From assembly GCF_964355755.1 (NCBI RefSeq), contig NC_092672.1, positions 28,340,437 to 28,404,436 on the forward strand: 64,000 bases of DNA. Direction: 5' to 3'. The notes under the pieces were generated by a model. That model made no database searches and was not told the origin of the DNA. It worked only from the letters and a program-made list of their open reading frames with translations. Of the stretch, positions 35,693-47,360 are shown one piece after another. Position 1 is the first letter of the stretch. Each line of letters begins with the position of its first letter. A program made the translations under genes and the position numbers. The DNA is from Antedon mediterranea. Taxonomy: Eukaryota; Animalia; Echinodermata.

Positions 35693-38600
35693 TGAATCAA
35701 ATATAACTTAACATTCACTGAAACTATGATAAAAGACTCAAACAAATAATGTATGGAAAATATAGGAGCGACAACGGGAAACTCAGGAAGAGCTCAGAAA
35801 TACTGCGGAACACGTCAATTACATAGAATAAACATCAAGTCAACTTCTAACCATTGAAACATATTTACAGTTTGAATGGAGGATCCAGGATTTTTTAAAC
35901 GAACAAGCATTTTAACATATTGTTTTGATTTATTTGGTACATAGAGAAAACAAAACAAACAAAAAACACTTGTCTTGCATGGCCCTCTAAAATGTCAAAA
36001 ATATATACAGTATATTAAAAATAGTTTTAATGAAGGTACTCAGAAACTGAGTGAAGTACTTGGCAAAACATAGGTCACATTTTGATATATCAGCCCATTT
36101 TAAAAGAATACAAATTTTTTTTTTTTATTTGTGAAGTTATTAATGAACCAATTTTCTTGAATTTCAATAGGCATTATTCACACAATATGCCTATTTACAC
36201 CGAAAAATCATGATAACAATTTGAAAATTGTAGGCGCTATCGTGCTAACAAAAACACATTTTGCCAAGTAATAATTTCATACAAATTTCAAAAGGGGACC
36301 CTGGATCTACCCACTGTACATACTTCATTTAGTGTAGTAACATTGAATATTATTGCTAATCTACTAGCCCCAAGTGACCTGTAAATATACTGTAATACAA
36401 ATGTTTGTGCCAAAGCTTGAAAACTGAAGTAATAAAAACTTTGATTGACATAGGGCTTGTCATGTTGCCATCACTGATAATTGATTGTTGTAAAAAATGC
36501 CAAAGGGAGGATGTATAAATGATAGATCAACCAATCAAAAACTGCCAAAGGGAGGATGTACAAATGATAGATCAAATAAATCAAAGATGGGACCTCAGGG
36601 TGTTGGAATGGATTGATTTATTCTGATTTAATAACTTGTATATAAAATGATATATAAAACTAAAAGTCTAACTTTAGAAGTAAACAAGTACTATGGTTTT
36701 GATTACTTCTTGCTTATGAATTTGAAAAGGTCCCACATTTTATGAAAACATTTTTATAAAATAAAAATTGGAAAAAAAATGGAAAATGTTTAGGCATTTT
36801 TACATAATCATAACACTTGTAAATTTATTGATTTGTAAATTACAGATATGAATCGAGTGCATGTAAAAAACAATGTAAAAAGAATATATACAGTATTTTT
36901 AATATTTCAGAAAGGTTTTTATAATTGTAAGAGCATGTTTTAATTTTAAAATTGAATCTTATTATTTTACTAAAAACAAATTTTGTTGGAACAAATTGGA
37001 GATCTGTTTAAACAGTTTTCTTTTTTTAATTTGCTATGTGTATCATAAGATAATATAAATATTGTTAATCAGTTATTTAAACTGTACTAAATAGGAACCT
37101 CAATCACCAACAGGGGTCTGGTTTCATTTTGCCACGCATCAATGTTATCATTATATTATTCTAGAATTGAGCCAGAATTACTACAATTTAAAAAAAATAA
37201 CGAATAACCAAATAATATATCATTACCCTCAAATAATAAATTACAGTTGTAACCAAGAAATGATCATTGTATTATATTTAATAGGTAAAAGAAATAAGTA
37301 ATTAACTTACCACATCAGGCATATACTCTTATTAAAAAGACATATACCCAAACTATTGGGCCTAGAGAGTTAGGCCAAGCTATTGTATGCACTGTTAACT
37401 TGCTGATGGATGAAACCTTCTAAATCCCTCTTGGTTTGCTTGCTACAGCTTGAGAAGCTAGCCTGGTATGCATCTGCTTATGCAAATTAGTGGTGAAGAT
37501 TTTGGTGTTATTTTCAATGACCAGAAGTATATGGATGGTCATACCTACACTTTATAGATGGGCTAGGCCTAACCATTAACAAAAATAGTTTTTATTCACT
37601 ATAATAAATATATATAAGATATTTTTTTAGCCTTTAAGGCCCTTTATGTTTTTAAATAAACTTTTAACTATTGCTAGTGTATGAGATACAAATTACAAAT
37701 TGTTTTATTTTCTTAAACAATTTAATGTTAATATAATTATATTTAAATTACAATTACTATTAGCCCATTTTTGTTGTTTTTTATATTGTGCCACTTCCGC
37801 CCTAACATCGTCCAATTCTGCTCGTGTATGGTGTTTTTAAAATATCTTTTATTTGCTGCCCTCGTGCTACTTTAATTTAATTATTGCTATATAAATTATG
37901 CAAAGTCTAAGTTATAACATTATTCACAAAATGAATGTAATGCACTCAAATATGCAATTTTAAGAATGCGATGTAAGATGTAGCAAAATGTTCTTATATG
38001 CATTTTTACTTCAAAATAATTGCATTTATTATATTGCTAAAATAACTATAATTAATGATGTCTAAATTTTGTCTCAGTTAAATGTACGTAAGGACTTAGA
38101 TGGAAATCAGTTACACTGAAAATTTGAAACTTTATCTATTATTCTTGGTTCATTTTGTTCTGTTTCCCTTGCATGACGTCATCTGGTTTTTTTTTTGTGA
38201 TATATTTCTGGTGTTGTTTATTTTAAAAATGATGTGTTTGTATGTTTTCTGTACCATTTTAAAATGTATTTTATTTATGAACCGAATAAATTCAATCAAT
38301 CAATTCAGAGTGCTACAATTCAATTATTAACAATTACTGTATTATGCTTATTAATATTTTTGAAGTACATTTACTTACATTGTTGTACAGTAGTGTAATT
38401 ATTGTTTTGTCTTTCAATCATATAGAGTTCTCAGGCCCGTATCCAGGGGGGGGGGGGGTGCGTTGGGTGCAGACGCACCCCCCCCCCCCCCCCAAGTCCC
38501 AAAAGGTCCACTATTTCCTCATTTGGTATTTTTTCTTGTCTTGTTTAACTAAAGACAATATCATTATATATACAAAATTTACATTATCAATGGTATACAA

Positions 38601-39594
38601 ACAAAAATATGCTAATATAAAATGAACAAATACCGGTAATTAAATTACGGAATCTGAACTGACTACAAACTCGATGTAAAACATGCGCAGTCGATCATGT
38701 GACGACAAGCAATAGCTTAGCGCTTCATGTACGCGGTACGCGGTAAAGTGTTTGCTGGAGAAATACAGACAACTTAACGTCAGGGAACACGTGTACTTTT
38801 TGTCGGGGAAAATAATTATACAGTAAAAAGCGTTCGCGTTCACTTCGTAGCTAGCTTCAGTGCCTAGAAAACCGCGACGTTTCATTGACCGTGAGAGTAC
38901 GTCAGAGTGATATTATGCACTTTATATGCATTCGAGTGTGGACAAAGTGCGAGGCAGCGAGGCAAGCGTGGCATGCCAAATATTTGTGCGAGGCATCATT
39001 TTATCATTTCCAAAAGTTCGAGGCATGCGAGGCATATAGTTTACAATTTCAAAAAGGTGCGAGGCATATCTTAACGTGCTATTATGCTATATTATAGGCC
39101 TAATAATCAATCGATACAAGCGTATCTAAATAGATTCGTGTATACACTCATCATGTTGTTTATTTTTATGTAACGATTGTTTTTTCATTCAAGTCATATT
39201 GTGTCAAATTTTACTTTCACAAAAGTGCCCAAACTACGGTTCAAAAATCTGAACGACAGTATTCAACTTTCGATAAACAATAATTGTTATAGCGACACAC
39301 TCATCAAATGACTGCAATGTTGTTGGCATTTCGAGCGTGTTCACTCACATGTCTCTCGAACATAGCAGAGTGAAAATAATATTTTGTCACACCCCTGCGC
39401 CTAGATCCGGTAGACCCGAGAGATGGAAAATCCCTCTGTACTATTTAGCAGGTAGCGGAATGATTCAGCCCTCAGCTCAGAGGATTGTGGTGCATTCCCC
39501 TCCTATAGCACGTGGTTTCAGCAGCAACGCACAGACTTCTCTCTGAGCGGCGTGCCAAAGACATTTTTGACATTCCATTCTCTAGGAACAACAC

Positions 39595-40222
39595 TGGATC
39601 GTTATAGAACGATCGCTTGTATCACGCATGCGTAGAAAAGAAGAAACATTTGTATAATTAAAAGATGATTTAAGTTAGTTGCAGCAAGTCATACGATAGG
39701 CGAAAGGTCGTCACTAGGAAGGGTGATAGACAGCCAAAATGTATAGTAATTTTAGCTATAAAGTGCAGTAAATGTATATGAATAAGGGAAGCTAAATATC
39801 CTGCCAAAGAAGTGAGTCTAATTATGTTAGTTAATATAGTCTTAAGTGTGATTTTATTAAGCCAAGCTAGTAGGCTAGCCTCGATCATACTTCATAAGCT
39901 ACAGCGCGAGTAGGCTCATACGGTGATTAACGCTGTTGTGCGTTGACGGTTAGACATGCGGCGTCGCATGTATAATGGAGCGACAATTATGTAAGTTAAT
40001 TGTTTGATTGACGCTGAGGGCGTTTATAGTTTGTTTGTTGCATGATTCGCTAGAGTTGAGGGCGTACGTTAAAATTGTTATTATTGTTGTTCTGAATACA
40101 TTTTGTATGGGTTATTTCTGTTTACTTACAGATTGAATAAATACACAAAGCTTAGAAAAGGCTTTATATACAATTAGCAGGAGTTGTTGTTTTCTTACGT
40201 ATTGAGTTTCCCTGACGTACCA
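39595..40222 (+). repeat. BEL 5' LTR
   Basis: Direct repeat of 45523-46150; one mismatch seen (tataat vs tattat). Confidence 0.95.
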
Positions 40223-40241
40223 ACAATTCAATTTCTTCGGG

Positions 40242-43200
40242 ATGGCCGAGGAAAACGAACGACAACTAAAAAGACAAAGACGCAATGCCAAAGCTAAATT
40301 CACAAGGTTATCAAACGCAATGGGAACCCTGATAGAAAGGAATCGCCCAAAAAATGAAATAAACGAAGCCTTCTTAAAAGTAAGTGAAGCATACGAATCT
40401 ACACAAACGAAACACGATCAGCTAATGGATGTCATCGAAGATGATGAAGACTGTGAAAGGCAAGAGAAGTGGATGTTAGAATGCCAAGATAATTTCCTAG
40501 AACTTTCCATTCGAAATAAGGAATACCATCCTATTGGTGATGATGTTGACGAAGAACAAGAAGCTGATCAACAAGATGAGCAAAACGATATACCAGATCA
40601 GGAAATGCCAGAACAACAAGTTGGAGCGCAAGGAGCCGAAGAAAACCTAGAGGCAAATCAAGTAATAGTTGATGGCGAAGCTGATAGAGGTCAAGCGATC
40701 GATGGAAATAATGAAAATGTTGCTCAAGGTCAAATTGTTATAAAATTAGATGAAAATGATGCAGCCGATACTCAAATGATGCCAAGCAACCCATCCTCAA
40801 GAAAAAATGATTTATTTAAAATTGAAAGGCCAAAGCTACCTAAGTTTTCAGGGGATGTGAGAGACTACTACATCTTTCGTGCCGACTTCCGACAATTTAT
40901 AGAGTCAAGATATAGTAATAGAGAGGCAGTAACAATTCTGAGATCCAGTCTGCAAGGAAAACCACTGGAATTGATTAGAGGCTTAGGGGAAGATTACCGA
41001 GCAGCCTGGAGCTATCTGGATAATGTATATGGTGACCCAAGGTTTATAGCAGATGCAATTGCTCAAGATATAAACAAATTCAAGCCACTTAAGGAAGGTG
41101 AAGAGAACAGATTTTGTGAATTAACACATTTAATAAACAGAAGTTATAACACATTAAAGGAAGCTGGCAGACCGAATGACATGGACAACAATCACGTGTT
41201 AGCCATGATAGAGCAGAAATTAAGCATTGAAGACAAAAAAGTTTGGTTTCGTCATCTAGATAATAAGGAAGCAACTTTAAACGAGCTGATCAACTGGATG
41301 ATGGGAGAAATGAAATCACGAATGAGGGCTACTGCTCAAGTTAGATCCAACAGTACTACGAAAGTATCTCAAGTAAATCAAGTAGCCGCAACAAAAAGAT
41401 ACAAATGCTGGATTTGCAGTTCGGACAGTCACTGGACGGATAAATGTAACAAGCTTAAAGAGAAAACACCGCAAGAAAGATTAAATGAGATGAAGGCTGG
41501 CAAGGCATGCTTTGGATGTCTAAAAAAAGGTCATGGCATGAGTGTCTGTAATAGAAGAAGACAGTGTTCACAAGTAGTGAAAGGGGCACAATGCAAGTAT
41601 TTTCATCACCCTCTACTGCACATACCAGAAGGAAGCCAAGCAGTAACTACAACCTCTATAGGAAATTCATCAATATTGCCAGTATTAGTAGTAGAAGTAT
41701 TGGGTAGAAAAGACACACGCTGTCAAGCAAATGTGCTTTTGGATTCAGGCGCTCAAATCAGTTTAATAAGAAGTCCACTTGCAGAACAATTACATCTTAA
41801 AGGAAAGGAAGTGGTAACTACGATAAAGAAAGTAGGCGGAGAAGAGGAACAGTTGTTTACGAAGATATATAAAACCCGTATTCGACCAATGAGAAGCAAA
41901 CAAGAGTTTATTATTAAGGCTATTGGTATTCCGTCTATAAGTGACGACGTGGAAGAAATATGCGTGGCTGATATAGCGAGACGTTTCAAAATTGATACCA
42001 AGGATATTTATCGAGGACATGGTGATGTAGATTTGTTAATTGGAATTGACCACCCAAACATACACATTGGTGAAACTAGAGAGGCAGGCAACCTAATTGC
42101 TCGAAACTCACCATTAGGCTGGGTGATTTTTGGGGCAGTGACAGAAGATCGACCGTCAAACAATGTATTACATGTAAAGTTTTCACAACCAGTAGACTTA
42201 ACCGATTTTTGGACTACAGAGGCTATGGGCGTTACTGTTAAAACGTGTTCTTGTGAAGCAAGTAAAATTGGGCCGATAGAGTCAGAAGAAGCCAAAATAA
42301 TAGCAGACTCCTGTACCAAACTGGGTAACCAGTGGTTAATACCATACCCATGGAAAAGGGATCCAAACCAACTACCAAATAACCGATCACAAGCTGAAAA
42401 GAAATTGTATTCAATGGAAAGACGCTTACTTAAGAATCCTGAGCATGCAAAAGCTTATAAGAACCAAATCAAAGAGATGGTAGACATGAAATTCGCTAGA
42501 AAGTTATCAGACAAAGAGTTATCATCATACGGCGGTCCGGTACATTACATCTCTCATCACGGAGTGTTACGCCCAGACAAGAAAAGTACGCCACTTCGAA
42601 TCGTGTTCAACTCGTCAGCCATGTACCAGGGACATTGCTTGAATGAATATTGGATGAAAGGCCCTGATATGTTGAATGATCTGTTCGGAGTGATTCTGAG
42701 ATTCCGTGAGAACGAAACAGCCATAATTGGAGACATATCCAAGATGTACCATCGAGTACTTATTCCAATAAGAGACCAGCATGTACATCGATTCTTATGG
42801 AGAAACTTAAATATTGATTCCAAAATAGACGTCTATTTGAAAACCGTGTTAACATTTGGAGACAAGCCGTCGTCAGCCATGGCTCAAACAGCACTAAGAA
42901 AAACAGCTGAAGAAGGACGTCACCAGTTTCCTAAGGCCGCACAAGTACTCAAAAGGAATACTTACATGGATGATATATGTGAGTCTGTAACAACTGTTGA
43001 TGAGGCGAAAGTTTTAACGAAGAATCTTGATAACGTTTTGAAAAAGGGCGGATTTAAAGTTAAGGGTTGGTTATCCAACAAGAATCTGACGTCAACGGAA
43101 TCGGATCGAGAAGTAAAGATTAAACTGCTTCAAAATTCGGAAGAGGAGAAAGTACTGGGAACTGTTTGGGAGCCCATATCAGACAAATTGAAGTATAGAG

Positions 43201-45494
43201 TAAACATCGAATTAAACAATTCAGAAACAATGCCAAATTTAACAAAGCGGAAAATCTTGAGTCAAATTGCAAAGATTTTTGATCCGATCGGGTTTGCAGC
43301 AGCCTTTTTGATTAGAGCAAAAATCGGAATGCAACACTTATGGCAAAAGGGTTATGACTGGGATGAAGATTTACCAACTTCGGTTCAAGATTGGTGGGTG
43401 AAGTTATTCAAAGAAATGAAGGAACTAAATACTATCAGTTTTGATAGGTGTCTAACGCCACCAACAACAACAGAAGAGCCTATACTATGTATGTTTGCAG
43501 ATGCGTCAGAAGACGCATTTGGGTCGTGTGCATATATTCGCTGGAAAGTAGATAATAATCAATTTGATGTGAAATTTGTGGCAGCGAAATCACGAGTAAC
43601 ACCGCTCAAGAAGTTAACAATTCCTAGGCTTGAATTGCAAGCAGCATTGGTAGCTACGAGACTTCATACGATTATAATAGACGAAACCAGAATCAAATTC
43701 AATAAAGTAATCTTCTTAACAGACAGCATGATCGTTTTGGCATGGATAAGAAGCCAAGCGAGAGGCTTTAAGTCATTTGTATCAAATAGAATTGGAGAAA
43801 TACAGAGCATGTCAGAGCCGTCGCAATGGAGACACGTCCCCGGTGAGCATAATGTAGCAGACGATGTATCACGTGGCATACCAGTTAAACAGCTTAACGG
43901 AAGATGGAGAATTGGACCAGAGTTCTTATACTTGCCTGAGGAGGATTAGCCTGTAAATACATCGATTGTTGATCAGAGGGAATTAGACAGAGAAAAAAAG
44001 ACAGAAAGGAATGTTTTTCTAACTCATGCTTGTGTAGAAGTGATTGATCCAAGTAGAATATCTTCATGGAATAAGTTGGTCAGAGTAACAGCATACGTAC
44101 ATCGATTCGTGAGGAACATGCGTTCTAAACAAACAAAGGAGCTAGTGTTCACTGAAGGACCGCTTACACCTCAAGAAATGGAAGACTCAGAAAGATTTTG
44201 GATTCGCAAATCGCAGCATTCGCTGCGCAGTCGAATACAGAAGGGAGAATTCAAAACGTTAAGCCCATTCGAAGAAGATGGCATCATTTACGTTGGGGGT
44301 AGAGCTGGTGGTGCAGAAAATAAAATTGCCTACGATAATAAACATCCAGTTCTTCTGCCAAAGGAACATCGTGTATCATATCTTATAACTTGTCAAATGC
44401 ACGAACAAGGACATAATGGCGTTGCAGTTACGGCTGGCAAAGTGAGAGCAAGATATTGGATTATAGGAGTTGCTAAATTAGCGAAAACTGTTAAATTTAG
44501 ATGTGTGAAATGCAAGAAAATAGATCATAAAACGGAAGATCAATTCATGGCTGAGCTACCTACTGAACGTTTGGCACCATTCACACCACCGTTTCTTTAC
44601 ACTGCTTGCGATTATTTTGGGCCATATACAGTTAAAGTTGGTAGAAACAAAACGACAAAACACTACGGGGTGATATTTACATGTTTGAATACGAGAGCAG
44701 TGCACCTAGAAGTTGCGGTCGATTGTTCTTCTATGGAATTTCTTCAAGTATTACGGAGATTCTTTGCCATAAGAGGACGGCCATCTGTAATTTTAAGTGA
44801 CAATGGTACCCAATTTGTGGGAGCGGAAAAGGAGTTAAAACAGATGGTAAAGGGTTGGAGTGAAAAGGAGTTGAAGGAGTTTTGCGCCGAGAAAAGAGTA
44901 CAATGGAAATTTACAACGCCGTTGGCACCGCACCAAAACGGATGTGCCGAGTCACTAGTCAAGAGCTGTAAACTTGCTTTAAGAAAAGCCATTGGGCAAC
45001 AAACCTTGACGCCGTTTGAGTTGCAAACTTGTTTCATGGAAGTTAGTAACTTAGTGAATCAACGACCAATAGGAAGAATTCCGAATGACCCGGACGATGG
45101 TAGCTATTTATGTCCAAATGATATTTTGTTAGGACGAGCATCAAGTGGAATATCAAATGGACCATTTCGGGATACGAAGAATCCAAGACACCGATTCGAG
45201 TTTGTGCAACGCATCGTTGATAGTTTCTGGAAATGTTGGATAAGAGACGTGTTCCCGTTATTAGTACCTCGGAAAAAATGGAATACTGATAGGAGAAATG
45301 TGAGAGTTAATGACATCGTAATAGTTTCTGATCCCAATACAATTAGAGGAAAATGGATATTGGGAAGGATCATAGAAGTGTATCCTGGTGCAGATGGAAA
45401 AGTTAGAAATGTACAAGTCAAAACTCAAACGGGAAAATATCGAAGACCAATAAATAAAATAGTAGTTATTTACCCTACGGAAGGTTATATGTAA
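40242..45494 (+). pseudogene. BEL gag-pol polyprotein (1750 codons) with one in-frame TAG at 43947-43949
   Basis: Three Cys/His knuckles, protease LLDSGA, RT YMDD, RNase H FADAS, integrase HHCC with DYFGP/SDNG/E. ORFs 40242-43949 and 44040-45494 are in the same frame with an open linker. Confidence 0.93.
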
Positions 45495-45522
45495 TAACTC
45501 CCTTTTTTGTGAGGGGGGAGGA

Positions 45523-46150
45523 TGGATCGTTATAGAACGATCGCTTGTATCACGCATGCGTAGAAAAGAAGAAACATTTGTATAATTAAAAGATGATTTA
45601 AGTTAGTTGCAGCAAGTCATACGATAGGCGAAAGGTCGTCACTAGGAAGGGTGATAGACAGCCAAAATGTATAGTAATTTTAGCTATAAAGTGCAGTAAA
45701 TGTATATGAATAAGGGAAGCTAAATATCCTGCCAAAGAAGTGAGTCTAATTATGTTAGTTAATATAGTCTTAAGTGTGATTTTATTAAGCCAAGCTAGTA
45801 GGCTAGCCTCGATCATACTTCATAAGCTACAGCGCGAGTAGGCTCATACGGTGATTAACGCTGTTGTGCGTTGACGGTTAGACATGCGGCGTCGCATGTA
45901 TTATGGAGCGACAATTATGTAAGTTAATTGTTTGATTGACGCTGAGGGCGTTTATAGTTTGTTTGTTGCATGATTCGCTAGAGTTGAGGGCGTACGTTAA
46001 AATTGTTATTATTGTTGTTCTGAATACATTTTGTATGGGTTATTTCTGTTTACTTACAGATTGAATAAATACACAAAGCTTAGAAAAGGCTTTATATACA
46101 ATTAGCAGGAGTTGTTGTTTTCTTACGTATTGAGTTTCCCTGACGTACCA
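45523..46150 (+). repeat. BEL 3' LTR
   Basis: Follows the PPT and precedes the TSD AACAC. Confidence 0.95.
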
Positions 46151-46515
46151 AACACGTGTACCTATCTCGCAAATAAGGTGAACAGCGATTGCCAGGACAA
46201 GTTCAATAACTGGCGGTGAATAAAAGGTAACTGATATGGCGATCCAATAACATGCCGCAAAGAAAAAAATTGCGACAGAATTCTGGAGCGCGTGTGAAAA
46301 AAGACTTACGTCCGACAATTGTAATACTAGGCCTAAAATTAAACTTTAGCTAATATGCTTAGCCCTAACCTAGATAAGAGGCCTATGTAGAAAATAATTT
46401 AATCAATTTTGATATAATAATAATTGGTGTAATATTTAATAATGATACACTATTCCTGTTTTAGTAAGCTAGGTATATTACGAACGATTTTTATTTATTG
46501 TTGTAATAAACCTGG

Positions 46516-47360
46516 CGCTAGTTTCCTTCGCTTGTATTTTTACTCCAAATTTGATAACTAACTTTATCGTGTGAATACCACACCTTAGAAGTATACCTCA
46601 TGAGTACTTTAATGAAAGAATCACATAAAAAGTAACAAATAAATCCTTAAATTAATGATTTTACAGGCGTGTTTCTCGCACACTGTTCGCGAATTTCACT
46701 TATTCAATGTTCAATATTTTTGTTTCTATGGAGCGCCAAAAGAGCAACGATAATAGAGGACTAAAACTCAGTAGAATGCGTCAATTTCTCATGCATTTAT
46801 TGGTGAAAAACTCGTTTTATTTCAATATATTTGTTAATTTGTCAATAAAAATGCTGTAATATGTTATTGCTGATACTGTTCTGTTTTCAAAGAATAATAA
46901 TCGATCCTAAATCAACATCACTACCTAGTCTAGTCCTAGGACATCCTACTAAGGATATTATGATGAATTTTTCTATTTTATTCTTTAAAAGGTTACCGAA
47001 ACCGTGTACATTATCAACAGTACACCGGTGAACAGTAACATTTTTCCTTACTGACAGTGACAAAATCTATTGAAATTGTACCTGATTTTCACCAAATAAT
47101 GCGTTAAATATAAATGGATTCCACAGAGTTTTTAGCCCTCTAATTAATTTTGCTCTTTTGGCGTTCCATAGAAATCAAAATATTGAACATTGAGTGTGCA
47201 AAATGCGAGAAAAACAACGTCTGTAAAATCACCAATTTAATGGATTTATTGTTACTTTTATGTGATTTTTCTTCATTAAAGTAGGCCTACTAATTCTAAG
47301 CTGTGGTATTCAGGATAAAGTTGGTTAAAATACAAGGCAGGTGCAAAAGGAAACTAGCCT
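46516..47360. repeat. Old diverged foldback, ~300-bp arms
   Basis: 46516-46810 is an inverted, diverged copy of 47085-47360 (e.g. caatgttcaatattttt..tttctatggagcgccaaaagagcaa). Confidence 0.7.

Larger units (their letters stand above)
39595..46150 (+). mobile_element. Full-length BEL/Pao LTR retrotransposon
   Basis: Two 628-bp TG...CA LTRs, 5-bp TSD AACAC (39590-39594, 46151-46155), PPT gaggggggagga at 45511-45522, domain order gag-PR-RT-RH-IN. Confidence 0.97.

Noticed and set aside
38640-38885. 81-aa minus-strand ORF in a CpG-rich patch as a gene
   Set aside because: No recognisable domain or exon chain; it may be promoter-like or TE-internal DNA, but I cannot support a call.
41089-45557. 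Minus-strand ORFs within the BEL element
   Set aside because: They are antisense shadows of the gag-pol frame with no recognisable motifs.
39670-45816. Duplicated 72-aa ORF (MIEASLLAW...) as a gene pair
   Set aside because: Both copies lie within the two LTRs; no protein features.
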